From: an uncultured Bacteroidota bacterium
Lineage (GTDB): Bacteria; Bacteroidota; Bacteroidia; Chitinophagales; Chitinophagaceae
Assembly: GCA_938008665.1 (NCBI GenBank)
Contig: CALLKA010000149.1
Location: forward strand, 694-64,693
Direction of reading: 5' to 3'
DNA length: 64,000 nt
Positions 10,944-21,400 of this stretch are shown piece after piece (positions within the stretch are counted from its first letter, which is position 1; each line of letters starts with the position of its first letter). The notes beneath the pieces were generated by a model. That model had not been told where the DNA came from. It worked only from the letters and a program-made list of their open reading frames with translations, and ran no database searches. Made by a program: the position numbers and the translations under genes.

Positions 10944-12292
10944 TAACTGAATTCATTGGTCACTTCCATCCTTTAGTCGTGCACTTGCCCATTGGGATTT
11001 TAATTTTTACGTTTATACTTGAGTTAATCCAATTAAAAAGTAAAACCAAATTTAACCAAGCAATTTTATTAGGCACGTTCATTGGAACTGCATTTGCTAT
11101 TGTATCTGCTATCATGGGGTGGTTATTATCATTGGATGGTGGGTATGATGAAAAATTATTGAATAACCATCAGTATGCAGGCTGGATACTTTGTTTTTTT
11201 TGCATCCTGTTGGTTATAGTTAAAATGTTTTTTTCGGCCAATGTGTATTTTGATAAATTGAATAAGTCACTTTGGAGTATTATTATAATTGTTCTTTTTT
11301 TAGTAGGCCATTTTGGAGGTAGTATAACGCATGGTGCTGATTATTTGAGTTTGGATTTATCAGCCGGGAATAAGGAAGTAAAAAAAGCGCTTTCTATAGA
11401 TAGCATTTCGGCATTGCCACCAGAAAAACAAGCACAAGTCAACACCTATGAGGGATTAATTTATCCCTTATTAGATGCGAAATGTATACAATGTCATAAT
11501 AGTGAAAAGAAAAAAGGAAATTTACAGCTCACCTCCATTGATTTAATTTTAAAAGGCGGCAAAAAAGGTCCTGCATTAACTGCTTATAATGCCAATCAAA
11601 GCTTAATGATTCAACGTATGTTATTGGATCCAGCCAATGACAAACACATGCCGCCCAAGGGAAAACCCCAATTAAATAATAAGGAAATTAATTTAATCTA
11701 TTGGTGGGTGCAACATGGGGCATTAGTAAATGATAAATTAGGAAATGCTTTGTTGAATGACACTGTTAAAAATTTAATAGCTAGTAAAATTGTCCCTGCA
11801 TTTCCTACACTATCCTTACCACAAACATCTTTAGTGGATTCAAATAAGATAAATACTTTAAAGCAGTTAGGTTTAATTGTACATCCCATTGCCAAAGGAG
11901 TTGGATATGTTGACTTAAGTGCGATGAATGCAGCATTATTAAATGATGTTCAGGCACAAAAAATTTCAATACTTGATAGTCATTTAGTTTGGTTGAACCT
12001 AGCGAATACAAAAATTACAAATAAAGGGATTGCTAATTTGAGTAGTTGTAAAAACATTATTAAGCTTAATGTAGCTTATACTTCTCTCAATGATGATGCA
12101 ATCAGTTTGCTGAATCAGTTTACAAAATTGAGTTATTTAAATATTGTGGGTACATCTATTACAGACAATGGATTAGCTAAATTAAATCTGAGTAATAATT
12201 TCAAATCTCTATATTGCTGGAATACTAAAATCACCCAATCCGGGGTTGATCAGTTTAGAAAGCGTTATCCAAATATTCAAATTAACTTTTAA
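10940..12292 (+). CDS. Membrane protein: DUF2231-like TM domain, planctomycete-type cytochrome c and leucine-rich repeats
   Basis: HPLVVHLPIG; four TM helices; GHFGGSITHG; heme motif CIQCH; HMPP; C-terminal LxxLNLxxTxI repeats. Confidence 0.8.
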   Translation: MITEFIGHFHPLVVHLPIGILIFTFILELIQLKSKTKFNQAILLGTFIGTAFAIVSAIMGWLLSLDGGYDEKLLNNHQYAGWILCFFCILLVIVKMFFSANVYFDKLNKSLWSIIIIVLFLVGHFGGSITHGADYLSLDLSAGNKEVKKALSIDSISALPPEKQAQVNTYEGLIYPLLDAKCIQCHNSEKKKGNLQLTSIDLILKGGKKGPALTAYNANQSLMIQRMLLDPANDKHMPPKGKPQLNNKEINLIYWWVQHGALVNDKLGNALLNDTVKNLIASKIVPAFPTLSLPQTSLVDSNKINTLKQLGLIVHPIAKGVGYVDLSAMNAALLNDVQAQKISILDSHLVWLNLANTKITNKGIANLSSCKNIIKLNVAYTSLNDDAISLLNQFTKLSYLNIVGTSITDNGLAKLNLSNNFKSLYCWNTKITQSGVDQFRKRYPNIQINF

Positions 12293-12293
12293 A

Positions 12294-13175
12294 ATGAGCC
12301 TACCTTCAAGAGATAAAATTGTTTTGGGTACTGCGGGCTTAGCAGGAATTTGGGGCCCGGTGAATTTTGCAGAATCTGAACAAACTATTCACTATGCATT
12401 GGAGCAAGGTATATATCATTTTGATACTTCGCCAGCATATGCTGATGCAGAATCCATTTTAGGAAAAGCTTTGTACACTTGGCAAGGGATAAAGCCTTTT
12501 ATTAGCACCAAAGCTGGAAAATTAAAAGCAGACAATCCGGATGCCGACACCTATGATTTTTCTCCAGCAGGATTAATTAGAAGTGTTTCTGAAAGTTTGG
12601 AAACATTGAAAGTGGGTTGTATCGATGTACTTTTTTTACATGATCCTACAGGATTAAAATCGCATGAAATACAAGTAGCCATTGATACTTTAATTGAAAT
12701 AAAAGCAAAAGGTTGGGCAAAAGCAATTGGTATCGGCGGTAATTATGGGGCAGATTTTACATCATATGTATCTTCCAAGTATTTTGATCATTTTATGGGG
12801 TATAATCGATTTAATATTTTAAATCAAGATGCATTAACGAATGAATATGTAGCATTGCAAAATCAGCAAATTAACATTTGGCAAGCAAGTCCATTATATA
12901 TGGGGTTGTTAGGGAGTAAATTAGAAACATATATCAAGGAGCAACCTTCATGGATTCCAGCCAGAGATTTACAAAGAGCAAAAGAATTAAATGCCTATTG
13001 TAAAAAAACAAGTGTTAGTATTTCATCTTTGGCCTTACATTTTGTTTATGAAAATCCCCTTATTTATAAGATGGTGTTAGGCGCAAGTAATTTTAGTGAA
13101 TTGAAGCAAAGCCTTGAATCGCTTGATGATAAATCAATGTTATTATTAAATCATGACTATAGTTTTACCGTATAA
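12294..13175 (+). CDS. Aldo/keto reductase
   Basis: LGTAGL, GIYHFDTSPAY..AESILG, ISTKAG, SLETL....DVLFLHDP. ATG 12294 lies just after the upstream stop. Confidence 0.85.
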   Translation: MSLPSRDKIVLGTAGLAGIWGPVNFAESEQTIHYALEQGIYHFDTSPAYADAESILGKALYTWQGIKPFISTKAGKLKADNPDADTYDFSPAGLIRSVSESLETLKVGCIDVLFLHDPTGLKSHEIQVAIDTLIEIKAKGWAKAIGIGGNYGADFTSYVSSKYFDHFMGYNRFNILNQDALTNEYVALQNQQINIWQASPLYMGLLGSKLETYIKEQPSWIPARDLQRAKELNAYCKKTSVSISSLALHFVYENPLIYKMVLGASNFSELKQSLESLDDKSMLLLNHDYSFTV

Positions 13176-13212
13176 ATGCAAATTTTTTAATGTATGATTT
13201 TTGAGTTTAATT

Positions 13213-13236
13213 GTCAAAAAAGTATAGCATTTAGCT
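13213..13236 (+). promoter_or_regulatory. Putative transcription-factor site, copy 2
   Basis: GTCAAAAAAGTATAGCATTTAGCT; a TTTG ends 41 bp downstream. Confidence 0.55.
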
Positions 13237-13319
13237 ATTTTGTCAATAGGAATATTATTCATTTTAATTTTATTTTGTAATAATCACTTAAGTTGCTGAT
13301 TTATAAACCAATATATTTT

Positions 13320-13781
13320 ATGCTTACTCAAATAAATAGTTTACTTAAGGGAGTAGCGGCCGTTTCATTTATCAATTTGTTCTTTATTAATTGTACGCCC
13401 AATCCAAAGCCTATTGTTCCTTTAACAACAGTAGTGATGATGACAAATTTGGTACCAGATTCTTCGGTGTATCATTTTTATGATTCTTTACATAGTGCTA
13501 CTGGAATTTGGCCATCCATTAAAAAAGCGAATCAATTAAGTGGGATCAAGGAAATTAAAATATATCGTTTCGAAGATAAAGTGGTGATGGAGTACAGTTA
13601 TCCAGAAGGAGCTGATTTAGCAAAAATGGATTCCTTGTATTTGTCGGCTGATCCAAGTGTGAAAGAGTGGGGTAAAATGATGTCAAATATACAAAAATCC
13701 CTTCCTGGTGTTGATAGCACTAAGAAGTGGGTTACACTAAATTTGATTCATCACTATAGTAATGGAGAATACTTGAAATAA
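13320..13781 (+). CDS. L-rhamnose/L-fucose mutarotase-family protein with a putative lipoprotein signal
   Basis: Y..LH....IWPSI......GI.EI.IYR and V.EW...M match the RhaM/DUF718 pattern. The N-terminus is hydrophobic and ends in FFINC. Confidence 0.65.
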   Translation: MLTQINSLLKGVAAVSFINLFFINCTPNPKPIVPLTTVVMMTNLVPDSSVYHFYDSLHSATGIWPSIKKANQLSGIKEIKIYRFEDKVVMEYSYPEGADLAKMDSLYLSADPSVKEWGKMMSNIQKSLPGVDSTKKWVTLNLIHHYSNGEYLK

Positions 13782-13808
13782 AAGTTAATTTATTAATACA
13801 ATTTTATA

Positions 13809-14936
13809 ATGCTACTAATTGAAGGATATGACATTTATAGAATCACGCTTCCGCTAGGGAGATTGATTGGAGATAATAACTGTCATTATGAGGAAATGGA
13901 TGTTTTATGTATCGTACTTAAAACAAATCATGGCCATAGTGGTTGGGGGTATGCAGAATCTGTTTGGAATGGAACTTTCGCAAGAGATGCTTGGTATATC
14001 AAACAATTACCTTCTACAAGTCAATTAGATATTAATTTTCAGGAAACTTGGTGGCCTAAATTAAAGAATCAAGATCCCAATAACCTAGAAATTTTAAGAA
14101 AAAATTTCCGTTCAGGATTTCCTGAAATTGATGCTGCAGTTAGATTGGCTATCTGGGATTTAATGGCACAAGATAAAAATGTACCATTGTATAAATTATT
14201 AAATCCAGGGACCACTAAAAAAGAAGCATTAAGTTACGGTAGTATTTTAGACTACCCATTAAGTGATGCAGAAGTAGTTGCTTTAACTTCAAATTTTATA
14301 CATCTTGGCTTTTCAATTATCAAAGTTAAAATTGGTGGTCCGGACGTCGCACGTGATATTGCGCGACTTAAGCTTATTAAATCGGTGGTGGGTAATCATG
14401 TAAAACTAACTGCTGATGCTAATGAAGCGTGGACTTGGCAAACAGCATTAGCAAGTATTGAAGCGTATGAAAAAAATGGTATCCAACTAGAATATATTGA
14501 AGACCCTTTGCCACATGATGATATAAAGGGTTTTAAGGAGTTAACTTCTCGAAGCCCCATTCCAATTATTGGCCATGATTATATTAATAATTACGAGCAC
14601 CTACATGAGCTAGTCAATGAAGGCGGTATCAATGGAATTAGAACAGGTAAGGATGTTGATTATGCATTAAAGTGCATTCAAATTGCGACTGAATATAATT
14701 TACCTGTTTATTTAGGAAATTCTGTGTTTGAAATAAATGCACATTTGGCATTAGCGTTTGATCAAGTGAATAGGACTGAATATTCTTTCCTAAGCACGAG
14801 TGATATGATTCAAACCCCTATTGTTTTTAAAAATGGTAACTTACAAGCGCCTGCTGAATTTGGACATGGGTTATATCCAATTATGAGTAAATTAAATTTA
14901 TTGCTAGAGCCAAGTTCATTAAAAACAGCTTTATAA
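13809..14936 (+). CDS. Mandelate racemase/muconate lactonizing enzyme (enolase superfamily), probable sugar-acid dehydratase or epimerase
   Basis: AIWDLMAQ..NVPLYKLL, KVK catalytic motif, metal ligands DANE and IEDP. Confidence 0.85.
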   Translation: MLLIEGYDIYRITLPLGRLIGDNNCHYEEMDVLCIVLKTNHGHSGWGYAESVWNGTFARDAWYIKQLPSTSQLDINFQETWWPKLKNQDPNNLEILRKNFRSGFPEIDAAVRLAIWDLMAQDKNVPLYKLLNPGTTKKEALSYGSILDYPLSDAEVVALTSNFIHLGFSIIKVKIGGPDVARDIARLKLIKSVVGNHVKLTADANEAWTWQTALASIEAYEKNGIQLEYIEDPLPHDDIKGFKELTSRSPIPIIGHDYINNYEHLHELVNEGGINGIRTGKDVDYALKCIQIATEYNLPVYLGNSVFEINAHLALAFDQVNRTEYSFLSTSDMIQTPIVFKNGNLQAPAEFGHGLYPIMSKLNLLLEPSSLKTAL

Positions 14937-16540
14937 TGAATAGAATACATCTTGGAATGATAGATGGAGCGGTAATTATTCTGTATATAATTGCTTTAAT
15001 TGTCATTGGTGTATTTATTAGCAAGCAAAAAACAAAATCGGGTAATTTAGTTTCAGAAGATATTTTTTTAGGCGGAAGAACACTTCCCTGGTATAAAGTA
15101 GGGTTGTCAATTTTTAGCACGAATGTGAGCCCCAGTATGTTGGTTGCCTATTTTGGCGCTGCTTATACGAGTGGGATGGTATTGGCAAATTTTGAATGGA
15201 TCGCGTGGATCTTTTTAGTGTTATTATCTTTTTTGTTTATTCCTTATTATTTGAAGAATAAAATTTCAACAATGCCTGAGTTCTTGATGAACAAGTTTGG
15301 CAAAAAGTCGCATTTATTTTTTACTTATTTTTCAATGTTTTCTTCCCTCATAGTTTGGTCTAGTTTTATGTTATGTATCGGTGGCCTTGTGATTGAACAG
15401 CTTTTTGGAGTGCCCGTGTATATTTCTACATTCTTAATTATTATTATTGCGATGTCGTATTCGCTAAATGGTGGTTTAAACTCCATTGTACATACGGGGA
15501 TGATTCAATCCATTGTTTTAATTCTTGTATCATTAATTATTGTTTTTGTAGGATTATATCGCGTAGGCGGCGTTTCACATTTAGTAGCATCGGTGCCACA
15601 TGATTATTGGACTTTGTTTAAACCCACTTCAGATCAAGGGTATCCATGGCATGCCATTTGGTTAGGATATCCTGTGCTTGGTATTTGGTTTTGGTGTACC
15701 GATCAATCCATTGTGCAACGTACTTTAGCTGCGAAGAGTATTGATGACGGACAAAAAGGGGCTTTATTAGTCGCTGGTTTAAAAGTAATAATGCCCTTTA
15801 TTTTTATTTTACCTGGAATTATTTGTTTGGTGTTGGTAAAGGATGGAATTTTTGTTCCACTTGAAAAGCCGGATCATGCTTATATTTCAATGGTATATGG
15901 CTTACTCCCCACTGGGTTAATAGGTTTAGCATTAGGTACTTTACTTGTTTCCATTATCAATGATGTGGCAACAGGTCTTAGCTCCTTTAGTACTGTTTTT
16001 GCGTTGGATTTGTATGCAAAAAAAATAAATCCTAATGCATCTGAAAGGGAAGTAAAAAAGATGAGTAAAAAAGTAAGTATTGTAGCGTCCATTGTTGCTG
16101 CATTAGTGGCTATCTTTTTTTCAACGGTTGATAAAACATTGTTTGATTTAGGCCAATCACTTGGCACATATATTGCACCACCTGCAGCAACTGTTTTTAT
16201 TGTTGGGTTGCTGTGGAAAAAGGCGACTCCTCGTGCTGCTGAACTCACTTTGTATTTTGGGACATTTTTGTGTTTGGTATTTGGCTTTTGTCAATTAACT
16301 GGTTTCCCTAACAAGGAATTTTGGCCCCATTACATGTTGTTGTGCTTTTATATGATGGTGATCTTGGTTGTTTTTATGATGGTTGTTTCATACTTTACAA
16401 CCAACTCAAGAAAAGCATATGCTGTTCATGAAGTTATTACACAAGATGGCGAACAAAAGTATCAAACCTCTACGACAGTTAAAATATTATGGGCTTTACT
16501 TGCCTTGATAATGTTGTTAATTTATTATATATTTAATTAG
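14936..16540 (+). CDS. Sodium:solute symporter (SSS/SLC5), sugar type
   Basis: FLGGRTLPW..GLSIFSTN, TMPEFL..KF, WFWCTDQSIVQRTLAAK, many TM helices. Confidence 0.92.
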   Translation: MNRIHLGMIDGAVIILYIIALIVIGVFISKQKTKSGNLVSEDIFLGGRTLPWYKVGLSIFSTNVSPSMLVAYFGAAYTSGMVLANFEWIAWIFLVLLSFLFIPYYLKNKISTMPEFLMNKFGKKSHLFFTYFSMFSSLIVWSSFMLCIGGLVIEQLFGVPVYISTFLIIIIAMSYSLNGGLNSIVHTGMIQSIVLILVSLIIVFVGLYRVGGVSHLVASVPHDYWTLFKPTSDQGYPWHAIWLGYPVLGIWFWCTDQSIVQRTLAAKSIDDGQKGALLVAGLKVIMPFIFILPGIICLVLVKDGIFVPLEKPDHAYISMVYGLLPTGLIGLALGTLLVSIINDVATGLSSFSTVFALDLYAKKINPNASEREVKKMSKKVSIVASIVAALVAIFFSTVDKTLFDLGQSLGTYIAPPAATVFIVGLLWKKATPRAAELTLYFGTFLCLVFGFCQLTGFPNKEFWPHYMLLCFYMMVILVVFMMVVSYFTTNSRKAYAVHEVITQDGEQKYQTSTTVKILWALLALIMLLIYYIFN

Positions 16541-16560
16541 TTAATCTAAAATTAAAAGTT

Positions 16561-17388
16561 ATGAGCAAAATGCCACAATCGGTTTCAGAATTTTTGAACA
16601 CGCCTTATGAGTTATCGGCAGATCAAATTGCATACTTCAGAGAAAATGGATTTATAAAATTAAAACAAGTTTTAAGTAAGGAAGTAATTGAATATATGGA
16701 TTTGATTATCACCGAAGAGGTAAATCGTTTAAACAAACAACAGCTTGCTTTAGAAGATAGAGACACTTATGGAAAAGCGTTTTTACAAATAATGAATATT
16801 TGGAGAAATTCAGAAAGTGTAAAAGAGATTGTTTTTGGTAAGCGTTTGGCACAAATAGCCGCCAACTTGTTAGAGGTTTCTGGTGTAAGAATTTATCATG
16901 ATCAAGCGCTTTATAAAGAACCAAGTGGTGGACATACGCCATGGCATGCCGACCAATATTATTGGCCATTAGATTCTGATAAAACAATTACTGCATGGAT
17001 GCCTTTGCAAGAAACACCTTTGGATTGGGGTCCATTGGAATTTAGTGCGGGCAGCGATCAGCTAGTAGCAGGAAGAGACAAAGAAATTAGTGATGATAGC
17101 CAATCTTTTTTACAAGAGCAATTAAAGGCAAAGGGGTATCCTCATTTAATTGAAGCCTTTGATTTAGGCGAAGTAAGTTTTCACAAAGGTTGGTTATACC
17201 ATCGTGCTGGTCCAAATAAGTCAAACCAAATGCGAAAAGTGATGACCATTATCTATATGGACAAGGATATTAAATTAAAAGCACCAGAAAATAAAAATCA
17301 ACAAGCGGATTGGGACGCATGGTGTCCAGGTGCTGTAATAGGTGAAGTAGTTGCAACGCCACTCAATCCAATTATTTATCAGTTATAA
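16561..17388 (+). CDS. Phytanoyl-CoA dioxygenase (PhyH) family Fe(II)/2-oxoglutarate dioxygenase
   Basis: FRENGFI, TPWHADQYYWP (HxD), distal HRAGPN and R. Confidence 0.88.
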   Translation: MSKMPQSVSEFLNTPYELSADQIAYFRENGFIKLKQVLSKEVIEYMDLIITEEVNRLNKQQLALEDRDTYGKAFLQIMNIWRNSESVKEIVFGKRLAQIAANLLEVSGVRIYHDQALYKEPSGGHTPWHADQYYWPLDSDKTITAWMPLQETPLDWGPLEFSAGSDQLVAGRDKEISDDSQSFLQEQLKAKGYPHLIEAFDLGEVSFHKGWLYHRAGPNKSNQMRKVMTIIYMDKDIKLKAPENKNQQADWDAWCPGAVIGEVVATPLNPIIYQL

Positions 17389-18244
17389 GTGATTCAGCAT
17401 TTATTTTTTTAAATTCTGCTGGTGTTTTTCCGGTGAGTTGTTTGAAGTATCTGAAAAAATTAGCAAAATTTACAAAGCCACACTCATTGCTAATTTGAGA
17501 TATACTCATATTACTTTCAGTTAATAATTTACATGCATGTTTAATTCTTATTTCATGTAAAAAGTTAGTGTAGGTTTTGCCAGTTTTAATTTTAAAATAC
17601 CTGCAAAAGGAATGCTCACTTAAACAAGCTATGGAGGCAATTTCTTTTGTATGAATTTTTTTGTAAAAATTCTTGATGGTATAGGAGTATACATCATTAA
17701 TCCTGTCTTCAATATGCTCATTGATCAATGGCTCAAACCCAATGGGTAGTATTACAGTACGATCTTTTGAATTTGCAATTAAGTTTAACACTTGGAGTAG
17801 TAGGACAATTCTATCAGAACCCTTTGCCACTAACATTTTTTGCATCAAGCCTGCTACTATAGGTTTTATCTTCCCTTTGAGCAGTATTCCCCTTTCCGCC
17901 TTCTTTAATAATCTTTTTATATTGAACATATCAGGAAGGTCTAAAAACGGGTCCCCCCAAAAATTCTCTAAAAAGTGCATCACCAATACACGCACTTTTA
18001 ATTTTTTATTTTCAAATCGTTCATCATTTTTGAAAAGATGCGGCAAATTTTTACCCAATAAAAAAATATCGCCTTCCTTAAAATTTAAAATTTTATCGCC
18101 AATAATACTCATGCCATCACTTTTCTCAAAATATACAAGTTCAACTTGGGGATGGTAGTAGTACTTACTATATAAGGCGCCCTCCAATTGTTCTCTAATA
18201 CTGTAAGATCGTGCAGAATCAACTTTTAATAAAATTGGTTTCAT
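17372..18244 (-). CDS. AraC family transcriptional regulator
   Basis: N-terminal cupin (HPQVEL, NLPH); C-terminal double HTH (SFCRYFK, ISNECGF.NFANF.RYFK..TGKTP). Its 3' end overlaps PhyH by 17 bp; divergent from susC. Confidence 0.93.
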   Translation of the reverse strand: MKPILLKVDSARSYSIREQLEGALYSKYYYHPQVELVYFEKSDGMSIIGDKILNFKEGDIFLLGKNLPHLFKNDERFENKKLKVRVLVMHFLENFWGDPFLDLPDMFNIKRLLKKAERGILLKGKIKPIVAGLMQKMLVAKGSDRIVLLLQVLNLIANSKDRTVILPIGFEPLINEHIEDRINDVYSYTIKNFYKKIHTKEIASIACLSEHSFCRYFKIKTGKTYTNFLHEIRIKHACKLLTESNMSISQISNECGFVNFANFFRYFKQLTGKTPAEFKKINAESLITDK

Positions 18245-18315
18245 TTCCTAAGGATATATTAATACATAAATTAAATGCATTTTAAATTATTAAAAAAATG
18301 TAACTTTTTGGATAG

Positions 18316-18339
18316 GCCAAAAAAGTACAATAATTGGCT
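18316..18339 (+). promoter_or_regulatory. Putative transcription-factor site, copy 3 (araC/susC intergenic region)
   Basis: GCCAAAAAAGTACAATAATTGGCT; TAATTTG ends 40 bp downstream. Confidence 0.55.
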
Positions 18340-18432
18340 TTTTTTTTGATTTCATAACAAATTGTCAATCGCTAATTTGTGTGTGTATTATCTTGTGAGA
18401 TTGCTCACATAAAACTTAAAAAAAATATAAAC

Positions 18433-21400
18433 ATGTTACGATTGCTTACATTTTGCTTTATGCTATTCTTATCCACGCAAGCACTTGCGCAAAATAAAGT
18501 GCTTACTGGTAAAGTGAATGATGCTGCAGGCAACCCAATTTCGGGCGCTAGTGTGCGTGTGGTGGGATCCAATAAGGGTACTTTGACCAATGAAAAAGGT
18601 GAATTCACTTTAACCATTGCTGCAAATGCTTCCTTACAATTTTCCTCTACAAATTTTGAAACTAAAGTTGTTGCTGTACAAGGCAAATCTTCTTTATCTA
18701 TTGTTTTAGCACAGGAAACAACTAGTTTAAGTGATGTAGTAATTATAGGGTATGGCTCTCAAAAAAAGAAGGATTTAACCGGAGCTGTACGTAAAATTAA
18801 TTTAGAAGGTTCTCCATTATCTACAATGACAAATATTAATGCTTTGTCAGCGTTACAAGGAACTCCTGGTGTAAATATTGGTGCAGTAACAACTGCAGGT
18901 GCTTCACCAAGTGTACTGGTAAGAGGCCAACGTTCATTATCTGCTTCCAATGCGCCATTAATTATTTTAGATGGAGTGATTTTTTCAGGTAACTTAAATG
19001 AGATTAATACGCAAGATATTGCTTCTTTTGATGTATTGATGGATGCGAGTGCAGCAGCTATTTATGGTTCTAGAGCTGCAAACGGTGTTATTATTGTAAC
19101 CACTAAAGTGGGTAAATCAGGCAAACCAACTATTACATTTACGAATAATTATGGTGTTCAAAGCTGGACAAAAAAACCAGATATGAGAATGGGCGAAGAT
19201 TTTATTAAATGGAGAACAGATAACAGAAAATTAGCTGGTCAAGCCGATTTGTCGGTTCAAAAAGTATTAGATGCAAAGGAATTGGTGGCATATAATGCTG
19301 GGCAACAAATTAACTGGTTAGATGAAATCACACAATTTGCACCATTGAATGATGTGAATATGAGCGTTTCAGGAAAGTCGGAAAATATTAACTATTACGT
19401 TTCTGGTAGCTTCTTGGATCAAAAAGGAGTTATTGATAATGATCGATTCAAAAAGTATAACGTTGCTGCAAAATTAGACGCTAAAATAAATAAATGGTTA
19501 AGCTATGGTTTAAACTATTATTATTCAGCCAGAGATTATTCAGGATTACTTCCTCAAATGGGACAAGCAACTATTGGTACACCTTATGCATATAAGTGGA
19601 AGGATGAGGCTAAGAATATTCTAGACAAAGCGCCAACACCTGCAAACTTAATCAATCCATATTGGGAGACACAATATGACGATAATTTGGAAAAGTATAC
19701 AAGTACTAGAATTATTGGTTATGTAGCTGCTGATGTTCCTTATATCAAAGGCTTAAATTTTAGAGTAAATATCAGTAAGAATAAAGCGGAAACAGTGAGT
19801 GGAAATTTCAGACATGAAACTTATTTCATCAATCCTGATAATCCAGCTGACATTGCCACCCCAACAAAATATTTGTCAAGTACATCTGGAAGTATGGCGA
19901 ATGTGTTAAATAATTCTTGGGAGGTTCAAAATTTGTTGACGTATAAAAAATCTTATAGAAATCACAATTTCGATGCCCTAGCTGGTTATCAAAGAGATTA
20001 CACATCTATATCAACATTGTCTACTTCAGCCTCTGATTTTGCAGCTGCTGGGACAACTGTATTGGGTTATTATGGTTTACATTTAGGTAATCCAGCTAAC
20101 CAAAGAGTAAGGTCTTACTTTGAAGAAAGATCTAACTTGGCATACTTAGGCCGTTTGAATTACAACTTCAACAGCAAATATTACTTAACGATGAACTATC
20201 GTAAAGATGGTTATTCAGCATTTGCACCTGGACATAAATTTGCAGAATTTTATGGGGGTGCTTTAGCATACGCAATTAGTGAGGAAGCTTTTTTCAAAAA
20301 AGCATTACCGGTTGTGAATTACTTGAAATTTAGATTAGGATATGGTCAAAATGGTAACCAAGGTATTGATCCTTATGAAACCTTAGCGAATGTTTCTTCG
20401 GGCTCTACCGTTTTTGGACCAACAAGCACGATGTATATTTATCAAGGTAATTTATCTAACCTTGGTCTTTCATGGGAAAAAACGACCACTTTAAATATTG
20501 GTTTAAACTTTGCTATGTTTAATAATCGCATAAGTGGTGATTTGAATATTTATAAAAGTCAAACAACTGATCAATTATTAACAAGATCATTACCTAGTTT
20601 ATCTGGTTTCGGATCAGTAAGAACAAATATTGGTCAAGTTGATAACCAAGGCGTTGAAGCATCAATAACTGGTGTAATTATTGAACCAAAAAGTGCTAAT
20701 GGAATTCGTTGGGAAGCCACTGCAAATTTGTGGATGAACAGAAATAAAGTGGTTGCCTTAACTGGCGTTGATGCGGATGGTAATGGGGTAGAAGACGATG
20801 ATTTGGGAAACAGATGGTTTATTGGTAAACCAATTGGAGCTATTTATGATTATAAAGTTGAGGGCATAGTTCAAACTGGTGACGCTGACTATATTGCAAA
20901 ATATGGCGCTAAGCCAGGAGATTTGAAAATCATAGATCTTAATGGAACTGTAAGAGGTGATGGCTTACCAGATGGAAAGATAAACTCTTTAGATAGAACT
21001 ATTATAGGTTATGTGCAACCTCGATATAGCTGGAGTTTTGCAAATACGGTGTCTTACAAAAATTGGCAATTCTATTTTAACTTTAATGCAATTACAGGAG
21101 GAGGTAGTGATAACTACTACATGTCACCAAATGCTACTTATAACCTAACTGCGTTTGGTAATAACCAACAACAAAACTGGTTAAATTTACAATACTGGAC
21201 ACCTGAAACTCCAACTAATACATTTACGCGACCTAACTATTCAAATCCTTATGGCTATACTTATCCTCATGCACGTACTTTTATACGTTTGCAAGATGTG
21301 AGTTTACAGTATGCGCTTAATGCTAAACAAATTGAAAAATTAAAAATTAAGGGATTGAAATTTTATGTTTCAGCAAAAAATCCAATTGTATTTAGCGATT

